A stretch of 64,000 nucleotides of DNA from Okamejei kenojei (lineage: Eukaryota). Below the pieces are notes generated by a model. It worked only from the letters and a program-made list of their open reading frames with translations, did not search any database and was not told the DNA's origin. A program made the position numbers and the translations under genes. The stretch's first letter is position 1; each line of letters begins with the position of its first letter. Shown here one piece after another: positions 37,708-51,400 of the stretch. The stretch is from assembly GCA_035221665.1 (NCBI GenBank), contig CM069135.1:61442001-61506000 (forward strand), written 5' to 3'.

Positions 37708-38330
37708 AGTATTATCCTTTTAAACACTGCCATCTAATCTCCATTCACAGCAGCAGATTACATACATTTTCCAGGGATTAGTGCTAGCTTCTAACTGCTA
37801 ACTTCTAATGCCAATATGTTGATTCAGGAAACTCAATTGTAAATGATGCCCCGACCACAGGCAAGAACAGATCCTCTTTTATTGGTACAAAATCATCACA
37901 GTTCACCCCACCGAAAATGTAATTCTCTCAGTTCCCTAATCCCTAATCTCATAATTAAAATGATGCAATTCCACCATTGTACTTTGAAAGCACACATTTT
38001 TAATGTTGAAACTGTAGTGGCACCACACGTGGTCAGGAAAAGGCCAGATGTCAAACAGTAGTTTTATTCAGGTGTTACATGTTAGTTTGGTCCGCTAACG
38101 TAATTGTCATTGCTGCTGTAGCTGAGTGAGGTTGTTCTCTGGAACTCAGCTACCTGTTGACCCGGGGGATCTCAAGGTGAGATAAGCTTAAGTAGCAGGG
38201 CACTCCCCCTAGCCCATGACGTCACGTGCCAGCCCTCGTAGCTACTGACGAGGGTTCGACCATAAGTGGTCTGTGTATCAGCTGACGCCACAAAACATTA
38301 GTTATCAAACCACATCACCCACATTGGTTA

Positions 38331-40332
38331 CAGTGCCCTCCATAATGTTTGGGACTTTATTTGCCTCTGTACTCCACAATTTGAGATTTGTAATAGAAAA
38401 AAAAAATCACATGTGGTTAAAGTGCACATTGTCAGATTTTAATAAAGGTAATATTTATCCATTTTGGTTTTACCGTGTAGAAATTACAACAGTGTTTATA
38501 CATAGTCGCCCCATTTCAGGGCACCATAATGTTTGGGACACAGCAATGTTATGTAAATGAAAGTAGTCATGTTTAGTATTTTGTTGCATATCCTTTGCAT
38601 GCAATGACTGCTTGAAGTCTGCGATTCATGGACATCACCAGTTGCTAGGTGTCTTCTCTGGTGATGCTCTACCAGGCCTGTATTGCAGCCATCTTTAGCT
38701 TATGCTTGTTTTGGGGGCTAGTCCAGTTTTCTCTTCAGCATATAAAAGGCATGCTCAATTGGGTTCAGATCGGGTGATTGACTTGGCCACTCAAAAATTG
38801 ACCATTTTTTAGCTTTGAAAAATTCCTTTGTTGCTTCAGCAGTATGTTTGGGATCATTGTCTTGCTGTTGAATGAACTGCCAGTCAATGAGTTTGTTTGA
38901 ACTTGAGCAGATAGGATGTGTCTATACTCTTCAGAATTCATTATGCTACTGCCATCAGCAGTTGTATCATCAATGAGGATAAGTGATACCTTCAGCACCC
39001 ATAGATGCCCAGACCATAACATCCCCACTACCGTGTTTCACAGATGAGGTGGTATGCTTTGGATCTTGGGCAGTTCCTTCTCTCCTCCATACTTTGCTCT
39101 TGCCATCACTCTGATATAAGTTAATCTTTGTCTCATCTGTCCACAAGACCTTTTTCCAGAACTGTGGTTGCTCTTTTAAGTACTTCTTGGCAAACTGTAA
39201 CCTGCCCATCCTATTTTTGCAGCTAACCAGTGGTTTGCATCTTGCGGTGTAACCTCTGTATTTCTGTTCATGAAGTCTTCAGTGGACAGTGGTCATTGAC
39301 AAATCCACACCCGACTCCTGAAGAGAGTTTCTAATCTGTCGGACAGGTGTTTGGGGATTTTGCTTTATTATAGGGAGAATTCTTCTGTCATCAGCTGTGG
39401 AGGTCTTCCTTGGCCTGTCGGTCCCTTTGCAATTAGTAAGCTCACCAGTGCTCTCTTTTTTTCTTAATGATGTTCCAAATAGTTGATTTTGGCAAGCCTA
39501 ATGTTTGGCTGATGTCACTAACAGTTTTATTCTTGTTTCGCAATCTCATAATGGCTTCTTTGACTTTCATTGGCACAACTTTGGTCCTCATGTTGATAAA
39601 CGGCAATAAAAGTTTCCAAAGGTGATGGCAAAACTGGAGGAAAGACTACAATATTCCCCGGCAATGAAGACACTATTTTTTATCCTAAAATAAGGCCCGA
39701 AAATGTACCTGCGTCTTAGAGGCCGAAGGTTAGATTGTTAGCCAAGAAAGATAGACTTGGCTATTCCTCAGTACAGCGGCTGTAATGAGGATAGCACAGC
39801 TGCGGGGGGGGGGGGGGGGGGGGGGGGGGGGGTGGAAAGAGTTCCTTCCACAGCTTGTGGGGAGTCTGGCCCGGGTCAGCACAGCTGGGCCGCCATGGGT
39901 AAAGTTAAGGGGAGGGCAGGAGCGTTGACAAGGAGGGGGTTGGGGATCATGTCAGTAACTCAGTACTCGGGACCGCCGGGACCGGACAGCGTAACTGCAG
40001 CTAGACCCGGGCCTTGCAGGCGACCTGGGAACTGCAGCTAGACCCAGGGCTCGCAAGCAACCTGGGAACTGCAGCTAGTCCCGGGGCTCGCAGGCGACCT
40101 GGAAACTGCAGCTAGACCCAGGGCTCACAGGCAACCTGGGAACTGCAGCTAGTCCCGGGTCTTGCAGGAGACCTGGGCACTACAGCCAGTCCCGGGGCAG
40201 GCGACCTGGGAACTGCAGCTAGTCCACGGAGGCAATTAAACACACCTGAGCAATTACAAACGCCTGTGAAGCCATGTGTCCCAAACATTATGGTGCCCTG
40301 AAGTGAGGGGAGTTATGTATAAACACAGCTGA
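38331..40332 (-). mobile_element. Degraded Tc1 transposon, interrupted and truncated
   Basis: TA|CAGTGCCCTCCATAATGTTTGGGAC TIR with internal direct repeat. RLQFAKKYLKE..FWKKVLWTDETKINL and [11 protein letters not shown] on minus. Partial opposite TIR at ~40278-40332. Confidence 0.88.
39648..40228. mobile_element. Insertion in the Tc1 with ~37-bp tandem repeats (possible pogo/Tc2-like MITE fragment)
   Basis: GC-rich block with about six copies of gcaggcgacctgggaactgcagctag at ~39990-40228. Confidence 0.5.
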
Positions 40333-40339
40333 TCAAGAC

Positions 40340-40800
40340 CTCAAATCCAGCAAGGAAATCTTGGTTCTGCCCTATATATGCTTCTGCTACTACTGAAGCC
40401 AACAGATAACTTCAGGCACTGGAGTGATATCAACAACACTATCCCTACAAACACTTCCAACTCCACAGTAAGGATAAGCAAACCACATCTGCTTCCTCCA
40501 ACAGGCAACATCCCCAGCACTGAGGCCCTAATTATACCTAATGGTTTCCATTGGGCAAACCATATTAATTACATGCATGACACCAGACTCCAAAACCTTC
40601 TATTCTGAGCTTGGTTATGGGATGAGAGAACCAGGCAGACAGAGGAAAAGATTCAGAGATGTTCTCAATTTCTTTGAAAATAATGCAACATTTTCATCAG
40701 CTCCTGGGAATTACTGGCCTATGGTTACTCAAAGTAGATGAAGAATTCAGCATGACACTGAACTCCTCATCCATTCATTGGGAAGACATGAAAGCCTTGC
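40340..40800 (+). mobile_element. Old RTE-type LINE 3' remnant
   Basis: WANHI..MHDTRL and FYSELGYGMREPGRQRKRFRDVL. Confidence 0.6.
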
Positions 40801-43711
40801 ACAAATAGCAGAAGGTGTGCAGGCTACTCACCTTCCCGTCCTCCTCCACCTCTAATGGAGTCTGTGGTCCCACATTGGCCTTATCAGTCAACTCAAAACT
40901 CTGCACTAGAGAGAAATCAGACATCCTTGATCCTGAAGGACTACCCGTGAATAAAAGAACAATTGAATATTTAGGTTTGAATTCAGATTTGTTTCAACGT
41001 AACAAGTATTTTCCCTTTTTCTCATTTAAACGCTGCATCAAGACACACTGTTCCTTGGCATTGTTTAAAAACCCAATGAACATTATTTTTTAAACATCTA
41101 CCTGAAACATAAAATCACATCCATCAAACGTTCTTCCTTTTCGCAGCAGAAATGACAAGGTCAAGGCTCGAATGGAGCAAGTTGGTGGCAAAGAATGGGC
41201 CAAATAGCCTGTTCATAAGATGCATAACCAATGTGTAAGCTTCATTCAGTATACCTTCAGCTGTCAGGCTGCTTTTTAGAATCATGAAGCACAGGAGCAG
41301 GCCCTCGGCCTAACTTGTACAACATGCTGGCCAAGTTGGCTGATAAATTAGTCACACTTGCCTGCAACCAGCCCACGACCCTTTCTTATTCATGTACCTA
41401 TCCAAGTTATCTTGGAATAAAATTATAATTGCCTGGTTACAAATCGTAGTCTTCTCAACTATTTATATAACCACTATGGAATATTGAAAAAAACAAAATG
41501 TTAGAAATACACAGGTCAATATCAAAGTGGCTGAAAGGAACATTTAAAGTATAACTTAACATAGTAATAATAGTATGAAAATAAATAGTAAAAGATTTTA
41601 AGTATAACTCTTCAGTGTCCTATTTTATCGCTGGCAATATTTTAAATAAAATGTGTGATCTTTTCATTTTTCATTACTAAATTAAAGCAAAGGAAGTAAC
41701 ACACATAGAAAACATTACATTAACATTTTTGTAAGAGGAGCTGGTACTAGCTACTTTTTTTAACATTTAAAGTCAATGTGGGAATGCAAGCACCATAACT
41801 GCAATGTGCTGCTGGTTTAAAATACAAATACAGCATGTTAATCATTTTTGTTTTGTTAAATGACAAAGAACAGAGTAGGAATAAAATGGAAATTGTATTG
41901 GCAAACTTAAACATTGTCGTCCAAAATATGTTGTCTTTTCTCTGCAGTCTGTATTCAAGATAGGATGTTTTGTGAAAGTGTTTAATATGTAGATCAATTG
42001 AAATCTTAGAAATTGAAAACAGTTTAAAATATTTATAGTAGAATGTTTTAATGTGTTTCTTTTGCTTTTAATGACAATGTATTCTGAAGAATGACAGCAT
42101 CGCTGGAAGAACAGCCACTTCAAAAAATTCATTGTTACACCATGCATCACTGACTGCTTTGTGACAATCGCCAATTAATAATGGCATATTATTAAAATAG
42201 AAAATGCCTTTCAATTATTCTCCCTTTTATAAACAGTACTTTGACAAATTCTCCTTTGCAATGGAACCAACACAGAGGAATGCTCTGCCTGTAACTGTCC
42301 TTCCACTGTATTTCCATCGAGTTTTGTGTCTGCTTTTCCTGCGTGGTCCAACATGCACTGCTGGAATGCATGGACAGCAAACACTTGGCTTTGGATGGAC
42401 AATCGGAGCAGAAACTCTGGACCGAGGGAGAACCCTGGGTGCAATGGGCGGCAAAAGGCAAATCCTGCCATTGGTGTCCTTCAAAGCAGCTAAGTTCTTC
42501 AACACTTTGAAATTTGTAATTGTTTATATTTGGTTTTAATAGATTATTACCAATACAAAATGAATCTCATAAAACTCAGGAATGTGTAATTAAATGCATT
42601 GTAGTAAATATTTTTTTAAAATTGCATCATATTCTTATTGTCCTCAGAGGTGTAAAATAGCCATTCAATTGAATTGACTCACGTATTCTGCGGGTCTAAC
42701 CTGGTACGAGATCTATGAGTAAAATGGGATCAGCCATAAATGATCGGCGGAGTAGACTCGATGGGCTGAATGGCCTAATTCTACGCCTATAATTTGTGAA
42801 TGTGAATAAATGTTGGAGATTTCCAGGAGGCTCCTGATAAGTAAGTAGCAATCAAAACCATATCAATAGGTTGGAGACATCCGTAGTGGTGGGGAATTCT
42901 AAACTTGCTGGCGCTTACAAGAGTAAATGTTGGCAGTTCTGCACAGAGCTGAAGGCAAATCCATGATAAATCCCACTCTTTATGTTGCACCGAGCATTGG
43001 AACTGTGCTGCCACAAGGGGGAAGACTTCTTAGAAATCAATCATCAAGGCAGGGTACACAAAAAGCTGGAGAAACTTAGCGGGTGCAGCAGCATCTAAGG
43101 AGCGAAGGAGATAGGCTACGTTTCGGGTCGAGACCCTTTTTCAGGAATCATCAAGGCAGGATTACTTATGGGAATGCTATTCATTCATAATTGTCATTAA
43201 GGTCTTCCAAAATTCTGCTATGGTTTTGAAATTACAGGACAGATAATATTTAATTCTGACGTTTCAGAAATATTATAATGGACTTCTCGTTTAACCGTTT
43301 TATGATCAAGTTTTATCCCAAAGTGTCGTTGATATGGGATAAGCATTGTCAATACAAAATACTGATTGTAATTTATTTGCCAGTAGATCCAAGGCTATTG
43401 ATTTAATTCAGAGATAACTACAATATAAATTTTGTATTATTGAGAAATCTATCAAGCAAAGCATTGTATGATCCAACCTTGTTCTTAATAATTTGGAGAA
43501 GTTGAAACATATAACAATTACAGCACGGAAACAGGCCCTCTCGGCCCTTCCAGTCCGTGCCGAAAACATTGTAACGGATGTGCATGCCATTTATGAAAAG
43601 TCAAAAGTGTTGTGTTTTTTTAATCAATTCTTGAATATGCTAGTAGAACTAGCTTAATGAAAGAAATTATAACTCGTGCTCCTATGTTCTGAAGACAGGA
43701 TACCTTAATTA

Positions 43712-43900
43712 CAGTGTGCTCCATAATGTATGGGACAAAGACCCATAATTTATTTGCCTCTGTACTCCACAATTTGAAATTTCTAATAAAAAAGATCACA
43801 AGTGGTTAAAGTGCACAGTCAGATTTTAATAAAGGCCATTTTTATACATTTGGTTTCACCATGTAGAAATTACGGCAGTGTTTATAAATAGTCTCCCAAT
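43712..43900. mobile_element. Tc1 TIR fragment (same family as 38331)
   Basis: TA|CAGTGTGCTCCATAATGTATGGGAC with continued similarity. Confidence 0.8.
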
Positions 43901-44804
43901 TACAGTGAACTCTTTATGTGTAGGTACACCAATGGAAGATGAAGTATGTTTCTCCCAGCAGTTAATGTCTGAAACATTGCAAATCCAAGGATTTAGTCAT
44001 TAAATTAGAATTACTTGTCACGATCAAGCGAAGTTGTGAATTTATTCAGTAATTAGTATTGCCAAAGAAAAAGTCAATGCCAAATGAGTCTTAAAGTCAG
44101 CCCTCAGATTAGCAAGCTTCCGTGGTGATCCATCTGCTCCTGTTTCTCACTTATATGCCATTTCCTTGGAACAGTTTTGTGTTTGTGTTCTCAGCTTTTG
44201 CCTCACCATTTGATTTGTTAATCTATCTGTAGTTTAGCTTCATCTCTCTTTTTACAGCCCTTTTCATGCAGAAATAAAACAGTAAGCAGAAACAATAAGA
44301 GAAAAAAAAGAAGATAGACACAAAATGTTGGAGTAACTCAGCTGGACAGGCAGCAACTCTGGATAGAAGGAATGCTTGACGTTTCAGATTGACACCCATT
44401 CTTTCGCTCCAGAGATGCTGCCTGTCTCGCTGAGTTACTCCAGCATTTTGTGTCTATCTTCGGTATAAACCAGCATCTGCAGTTCCTTCCTACACATGAG
44501 AAAACAAAGTGTTTTCTGATCAATCTGGGGAGATACAATGCTACATTTCAAGCATTCAGGCAAACCTCGAATAAAAAATAATGGAATAAAAACATGAGAT
44601 AACAAATTGAAATAATAAGGTTATTTTGAGTTGCTGGATTGGGAGTGATTATCGAGATAGAACAGATCATGATTGAGCAGATTTATGGTAAAGTTTTTAA
44701 AGTCAAGACTTTTGGGAGGCAATATCGCACTAGGAATGGTGCGAAGACAAGAAAATGCATGGTAAAATTTGGACAACTGAGTTTGCAGTAGAATGTTATG
44801 CAAC

Positions 44805-46057
44805 ATCAATAATTTGGATGAAGGGATTCAAAGTAACATTAGCAAATCTGCAGATGACACAAAGCTGGGTGGCAGTGTGAACTGTGAGGAGGATGAGAAT
44901 TAAGACATGAGAATTAAGGGACAGAAGTTTAGGGGTAACGTGAGGGGGAACTTCTTTACTCAGAGGGTGGTGGCTGTGTGGAATGAGCTTCCAGCAGAGG
45001 TGGTGGAGGCAGGATCGATTTTAACATTTAAAAGTAAAGTGGATAGGTATATGGACGTGAAGGGAATGGAGGGGTATGGTCTGAATGCAGGTAGATGGGA
45101 CTAGGGGAAAACAAATGGTCGGCACGGACTGGAAGGGCCGAGAGGGCCTGGCTCCGTGCTGTAATTGTTATATGGTTATATGATGCTATGAGACTGCAGG
45201 GTGACTTGGACAGGTTGGGGGAGTGGACAGATGCATGGCAGATGAAGTTTAATGCGGATAAATGTGAGGTTATCTACTTTGGTAGCAAAAACAGGAAGGT
45301 AGATTACTATCTAAATGGCATCAAGTTGGGAAAAGGGGAAGTACAACGGGATTTGGGGGTCTTTGTACATCAGTCTATGAAAGTAAGCATGCAGGTACAG
45401 CAGGCAGTGAAGAAAGCGAATGGCATGTTGGCCTTTATAACAAGAGGAATCAAATATAGGAGCAAAGAGGTCCTTCTGCAGTTGTACAGAGCCCTAGTGA
45501 GACCACACCTGGAGTATTGTGTGCAGTTTTGGTCCCCTAATTTGAGGAAGGACATTCTTACTGTTGAGGGAGTGCAGCGTAGGTTTACAAGGTTAATTCC
45601 CGGGATGGCGGGACTGTCCAATGCTGAGAGAATTGAGCAGCTGGGCTTGTACACTCTGGAGTTTAGAAGGATGAGAGGGGATCTCATTGAAACATATAAG
45701 ATTGTTAAGGGCTTGGACACACTAGAGGCAGGAAACATGTTCCCGATGTTGGGGGAGTCCAGAACCAGGGGCCACCGTTTGAGAATAAGGAGCAGGCCAT
45801 TTAGAACGGAGACGAGGAAATACTTTTTCTCACAGAGAGTGGTCTGTGGAATTCTCTGCCTCAGAGGGCGGTGGAGGCAGGTTCTCTGGATGCTTTCAAG
45901 AGAGAGCTAGATAGGGCTCTTAAAGATAGCGGAGTCAGGGGATGTGGGGAGAAGGCAGGAACAGGGGTACTGATTGGGGATGATCAGCTACGATCACATT
46001 GAATGGCGGTGCTGGCTCGAAGGGCCAAATGGCCTACCCCTGCACCTATTGTCTAAT
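44805..46057 (+). mobile_element. 5'-truncated CR1 carrying a nested CR1 3' end (~44891-45181)
   Basis: SADDTKLGG then LQGDLDRL...LYRALVRPHLEYCVQFW. The nested piece is near-identical to 4500-4780. Confidence 0.9.
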
Positions 46058-47289
46058 GTGGAGGCAGGGAGGCTGATCTGGATATTCCAGGAAAAGTCAA
46101 ACTGGAAATGAAGAATTGATGGATACGGGTTTCAATAGGATGAAGGGCAATTGTGAAAGATCTCAGGGAGGTGAAATTCAATTACCTTTTTAGGAGTCTT
46201 TCAGTATGATTGCTTCAACTTGTCTTTAACTAGCTAAAATCAATTCAATTGGGTTAGATGACGAAGAGGCATTAAATGATAATAGTAAATGTTGGGAACA
46301 GCAGTTGAAATAAAAAAAATAAAAAATATGGCATTTGCTCTGACTGAAGAAATACATACAATATGTTAATAATGTGATTTTGTAAGTATGCATTTATATT
46401 CTATACTTACAAAATCACATTATTAACATTGGAAAGTATTTCCAGCATTTTCTGTTTATATTTTGTGAAGAGTTATACATTTCGAAACGCTGATTCATTG
46501 TCAGGTACTACAAAATGGGAACAATGATGGAGAGATCAACAACGTAAAGCTCTTTTTACACTTTGCTTTATTTCATATCTCTGTTCTTCACTCTTCACAG
46601 TGTCCACTATTCCCATCAATGCTGCCAAGACTTCAATGGCTCTCAAGCTATTTTGTAACCAATTGCAAGATATGGAAGTTGAGATCACAAAATGTGTGTG
46701 GAAATCCCGGAGTGAACGCCGGCACTTTGCGTGGTACATGTATTTATTTATATAATTCCTTCTATCCAGTGATGCTGCCCGTCCTACTGAATTACTCCAG
46801 CATTTTGAGTCTATTTTCGGTGTACAGCATCTGCAGTTCCTTCCTACACATTTATTTCAGCCAGACTTGATGCTTGACTTTTTGCCCAACTCACTTTTTC
46901 GACTTTAATTCGATTCTTTCACGACCTAGCTGTCACTGTTGTGGTGCTGGGATGGGTTAACAATCACTTCAAAATATGAATCAAATAATTTATTGTCATT
47001 ATTTGAAGATTATGACTGCATCATTACGGTCACGGGTATCACTGTAAAGCCTTGCTTCATGGGTATAGTTCCTGGATTAAACAAAAACAAAGCAGCCTCT
47101 GCTGAAGGGGGTTCAAAGTGTGATTTTTTTAAAACGTTAAAATACCTCATTTTCCAGCTGTCGCGACAAAACTCTTTAGGTTAGAAGGGAGGAGTCGTTG
47201 AACAGCACCACACGATACGATGCGCTGCACCACTGTTGGGACCTGCCAGGGGGACTGGCAATTGGACTTCATGCATGAGTACATTCCAA

Positions 47290-48430
<1,141 letters not shown>

Positions 48431-51400
48431 TGAGTGTGTGTGTGTGTGCGCGCACCGGCGGGCGATATTACAATAAATGAATCAAAGGTGTCCCCCTTCC
48501 CTCTCCCTGACTAATCCTTTGGGTTTAAATTTGCGTCGGAGGGTTCATCTCCATCGAAATCGGATTCAAGATAATGCAAGATTGCGTGGCAGGATCCGTG
48601 GGCGTTCGTGTCCCGCAGCTGGAGTAAGTGGAAGGATGCCAGTGAAAGATGACTTTTTAAAATATATTTTTCCTCCCTGTAAAGGCATGTTTTAAGCAGT
48701 CGGTCTGCAAATTCGTTGGACGCCAGAAATGGTATTCGAGTTTATAGTTGATCAGTATCACTACAGGTGTTGTACGGTCTGCGGATAGCAGAAAAATGGC
48801 GCAGCGGTGAGAGTGAATCATATAAGACGATTCGTGGCTCCCGTACCAGCTTTTGGAGTAGTATGGGGTGACCTCCATTGAGAAATGCTCATTGATCCAT
48901 GCAATATTAACTGCGTTTACTGTGGGTGGGTATTAATAAATCCTGCAGGTGTGGTGAATATGAGAATAATACAAATATGTAATACAATGTAGGTCTTTTT
49001 TTCGAAAATGGAGTGACTATATTTCAAACGGCCCTACTGGATATCTTCGTTTGAAACACGGACTGCTATTTTATGGACAGATTTGGACAGATTTTTTTAA
49101 AGATCATTGTTAATGCATTTGCTGTCATAATTGCAATGCATTATTTGCAGTGATCGTTGACAGCATGCTGTTAGGGCAAGAATTACTATTAGAAAAATAC
49201 AATTCATTGCTACTTATTTTGAGAATACTAATGCACAAACCTGAAATTTGCACTGATTGTGCACATAAATTATACCTGGCATTAAGGTTTGATGGAAGTA
49301 CATGACAATATATTCATTATGGTTGATCTTTTAAAATATGTGGGTGACACAACAGTTGAGAATAAACAAAAGAGCACTGCTTTTATGTTATTTGAAACAT
49401 TCATCATATTTGTGGAGTGATTGTGGGAAGAATTTTGGTAAATCTGACACTATGTGTGAGTATTATATTTTTTGTAAAAATGAAGATCGCATCTTTGGAG
49501 GAGAGCTGTGATATCGACTTGTCAAGTTACATTTATATAATGAGTAAATGTTTAAGTTGTCAGACTTCTTCCAAGAATGGTCCATTTTTATCAATCAAAT
49601 TGTGTAAGGCAACCATACTGGACATAATTGATTGCATAAAACATGTGTCTCCTGTACACAGTATCTAGACAGCATTTTACATCCTAAGGAAAACACATCA
49701 AACATTACTGGCCCCAAGTTCCATTTGTATTGCAAAATTTAGAGAGAATATTGCATTGTTCATGGATTTTTATGAAATAACCCTGCCTTTACTGAATTGT
49801 ATGTTATTGTCACTATTTGTGTGAATATCACGTGTTGGTTTGTGCATTGTGTCTAGAGATGGAATGATCATCATGAGTATGTGCTGTTAATTGGGTAATG
49901 TTTGAAGAAAGAACATTTGCACCTTTTCTCCATTAAGGTGGACGGTTGTGATAATTGTTCCTGTGGTCATTACAGATGTTTAAAGGTGCTGTCTGTCTTT
50001 GTGACAATTACAGAACATCCTTCGGGGGTCTTTGATTATTTTGGAATAATTAAACAAATACAAAGCATACACTCACCATCATATATTCAGTAATATATGT
50101 CAGCATTGGAGAAGGTGATCTGGAGAACATTGTATTCTCTAAAGTCCTACAATTTTGTTTCAAGGCTGTTTATTTATAATATGAACCAGAATAATAAAAG
50201 TCTTGCTGCAGATTTATAAGCAAGTTGTGAATAACAGTTTGAATCTGGTAATGTGCAATCATCATTTTTACCAATTCTATTATCATGGTAGGGCTGTTAG
50301 AATGTGGTACAATGGTTAGTTACACATAAGTTCCCAACAATGTTTAAAATGTGATTTTCTAATTCAATAACTTTTTAATGAGATGTACGTGACTCAATTA
50401 GTTGAAAGTTGACATTTAGCCAAAGGATATATTGGGAGGGTGCCTAAAACCGTGGCCAATTAAATAGGTTTTATGGAGGGTCTGAAGACGAAAGGGTTGA
50501 TGGTTAAAAGGTTCAGTTTGGATTATCTCGAGGTAGGTTGTGGAAAACATGGGGAAAACTACTGGTGGTCAATGTTGAAGGAATGTAGAGATCATGTAGA
50601 GTTGTAGAATTGGTGGAAATTATAGCAATGAGATGGGCTATGAATATGGATAACTTTGAACAAAAAAGAAAGAAAATTGTAAATTTAAACCTTAACATTT
50701 TTCCCAGTATGTAATTGGACGTAGTCTAGCCGATTTGAGGGTTGTGGTTGGATAGGTGAGAAGTGAACCGTGAGGATTGTCCAACTTAATGGGGACCTCA
50801 ATGGATGAATAGAGGATATGATGCAGAGTCAGTCAGAGAGGGCAAGGATGAAGACTGCACGAGGAAGAAAGATGTTTAAGTACTGTGGTAGGAATTGAAA
50901 AATAAGTGGCGAGTTTCAACACATTGAATAAAATGTGTGTACTAATTTGGCAGGCAGCATTACATGCTGAGGACTATATTTTGCACTCTGTATCTTCTCC
51001 TTTGCTTTATCTATTGTATTTGAGTTTGACTTTATGCATCGTATTCTCTGGCCAATTGTAAACACTTTTAATATAGTTGTTCTCCAGCAATTGGGATTCT
51101 TAAATTTTTTATGTAAGTGAAAGGCTTTTGATAAATTTGTTTAGAAGTACACTTTCCCTTGCCATGGTTGGTGAAGGGTCGGCTCTAACCTTGTTGTTGT
51201 CAATCTCCTGACCTGAATGTGCTATTTTGAAAAGAGTAGATATTGGGTGGAGGATTTTCCCATCATGAAGGGGACGTGGGAAGTTCATTTCCGCGTGTTG
51301 TAAAATTTCCATCCTGTATTCTAAAAACTGATTTCTTTGTTTCTCCAATTTTGATCTTGAGCACAACTCCCATGCTTATTGCTTTACTGTTGCCAGTTGC

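Noticed and set aside
37545-37733. PolyQ ORF
   Set aside because: Short, with no recognisable homology; explained by the microsatellite.
38073-38280. Possible solo LTR or structured RNA (ccctcgt...acgaggg hairpin)
   Set aside because: No matching TSD, second copy or recognisable RNA family.
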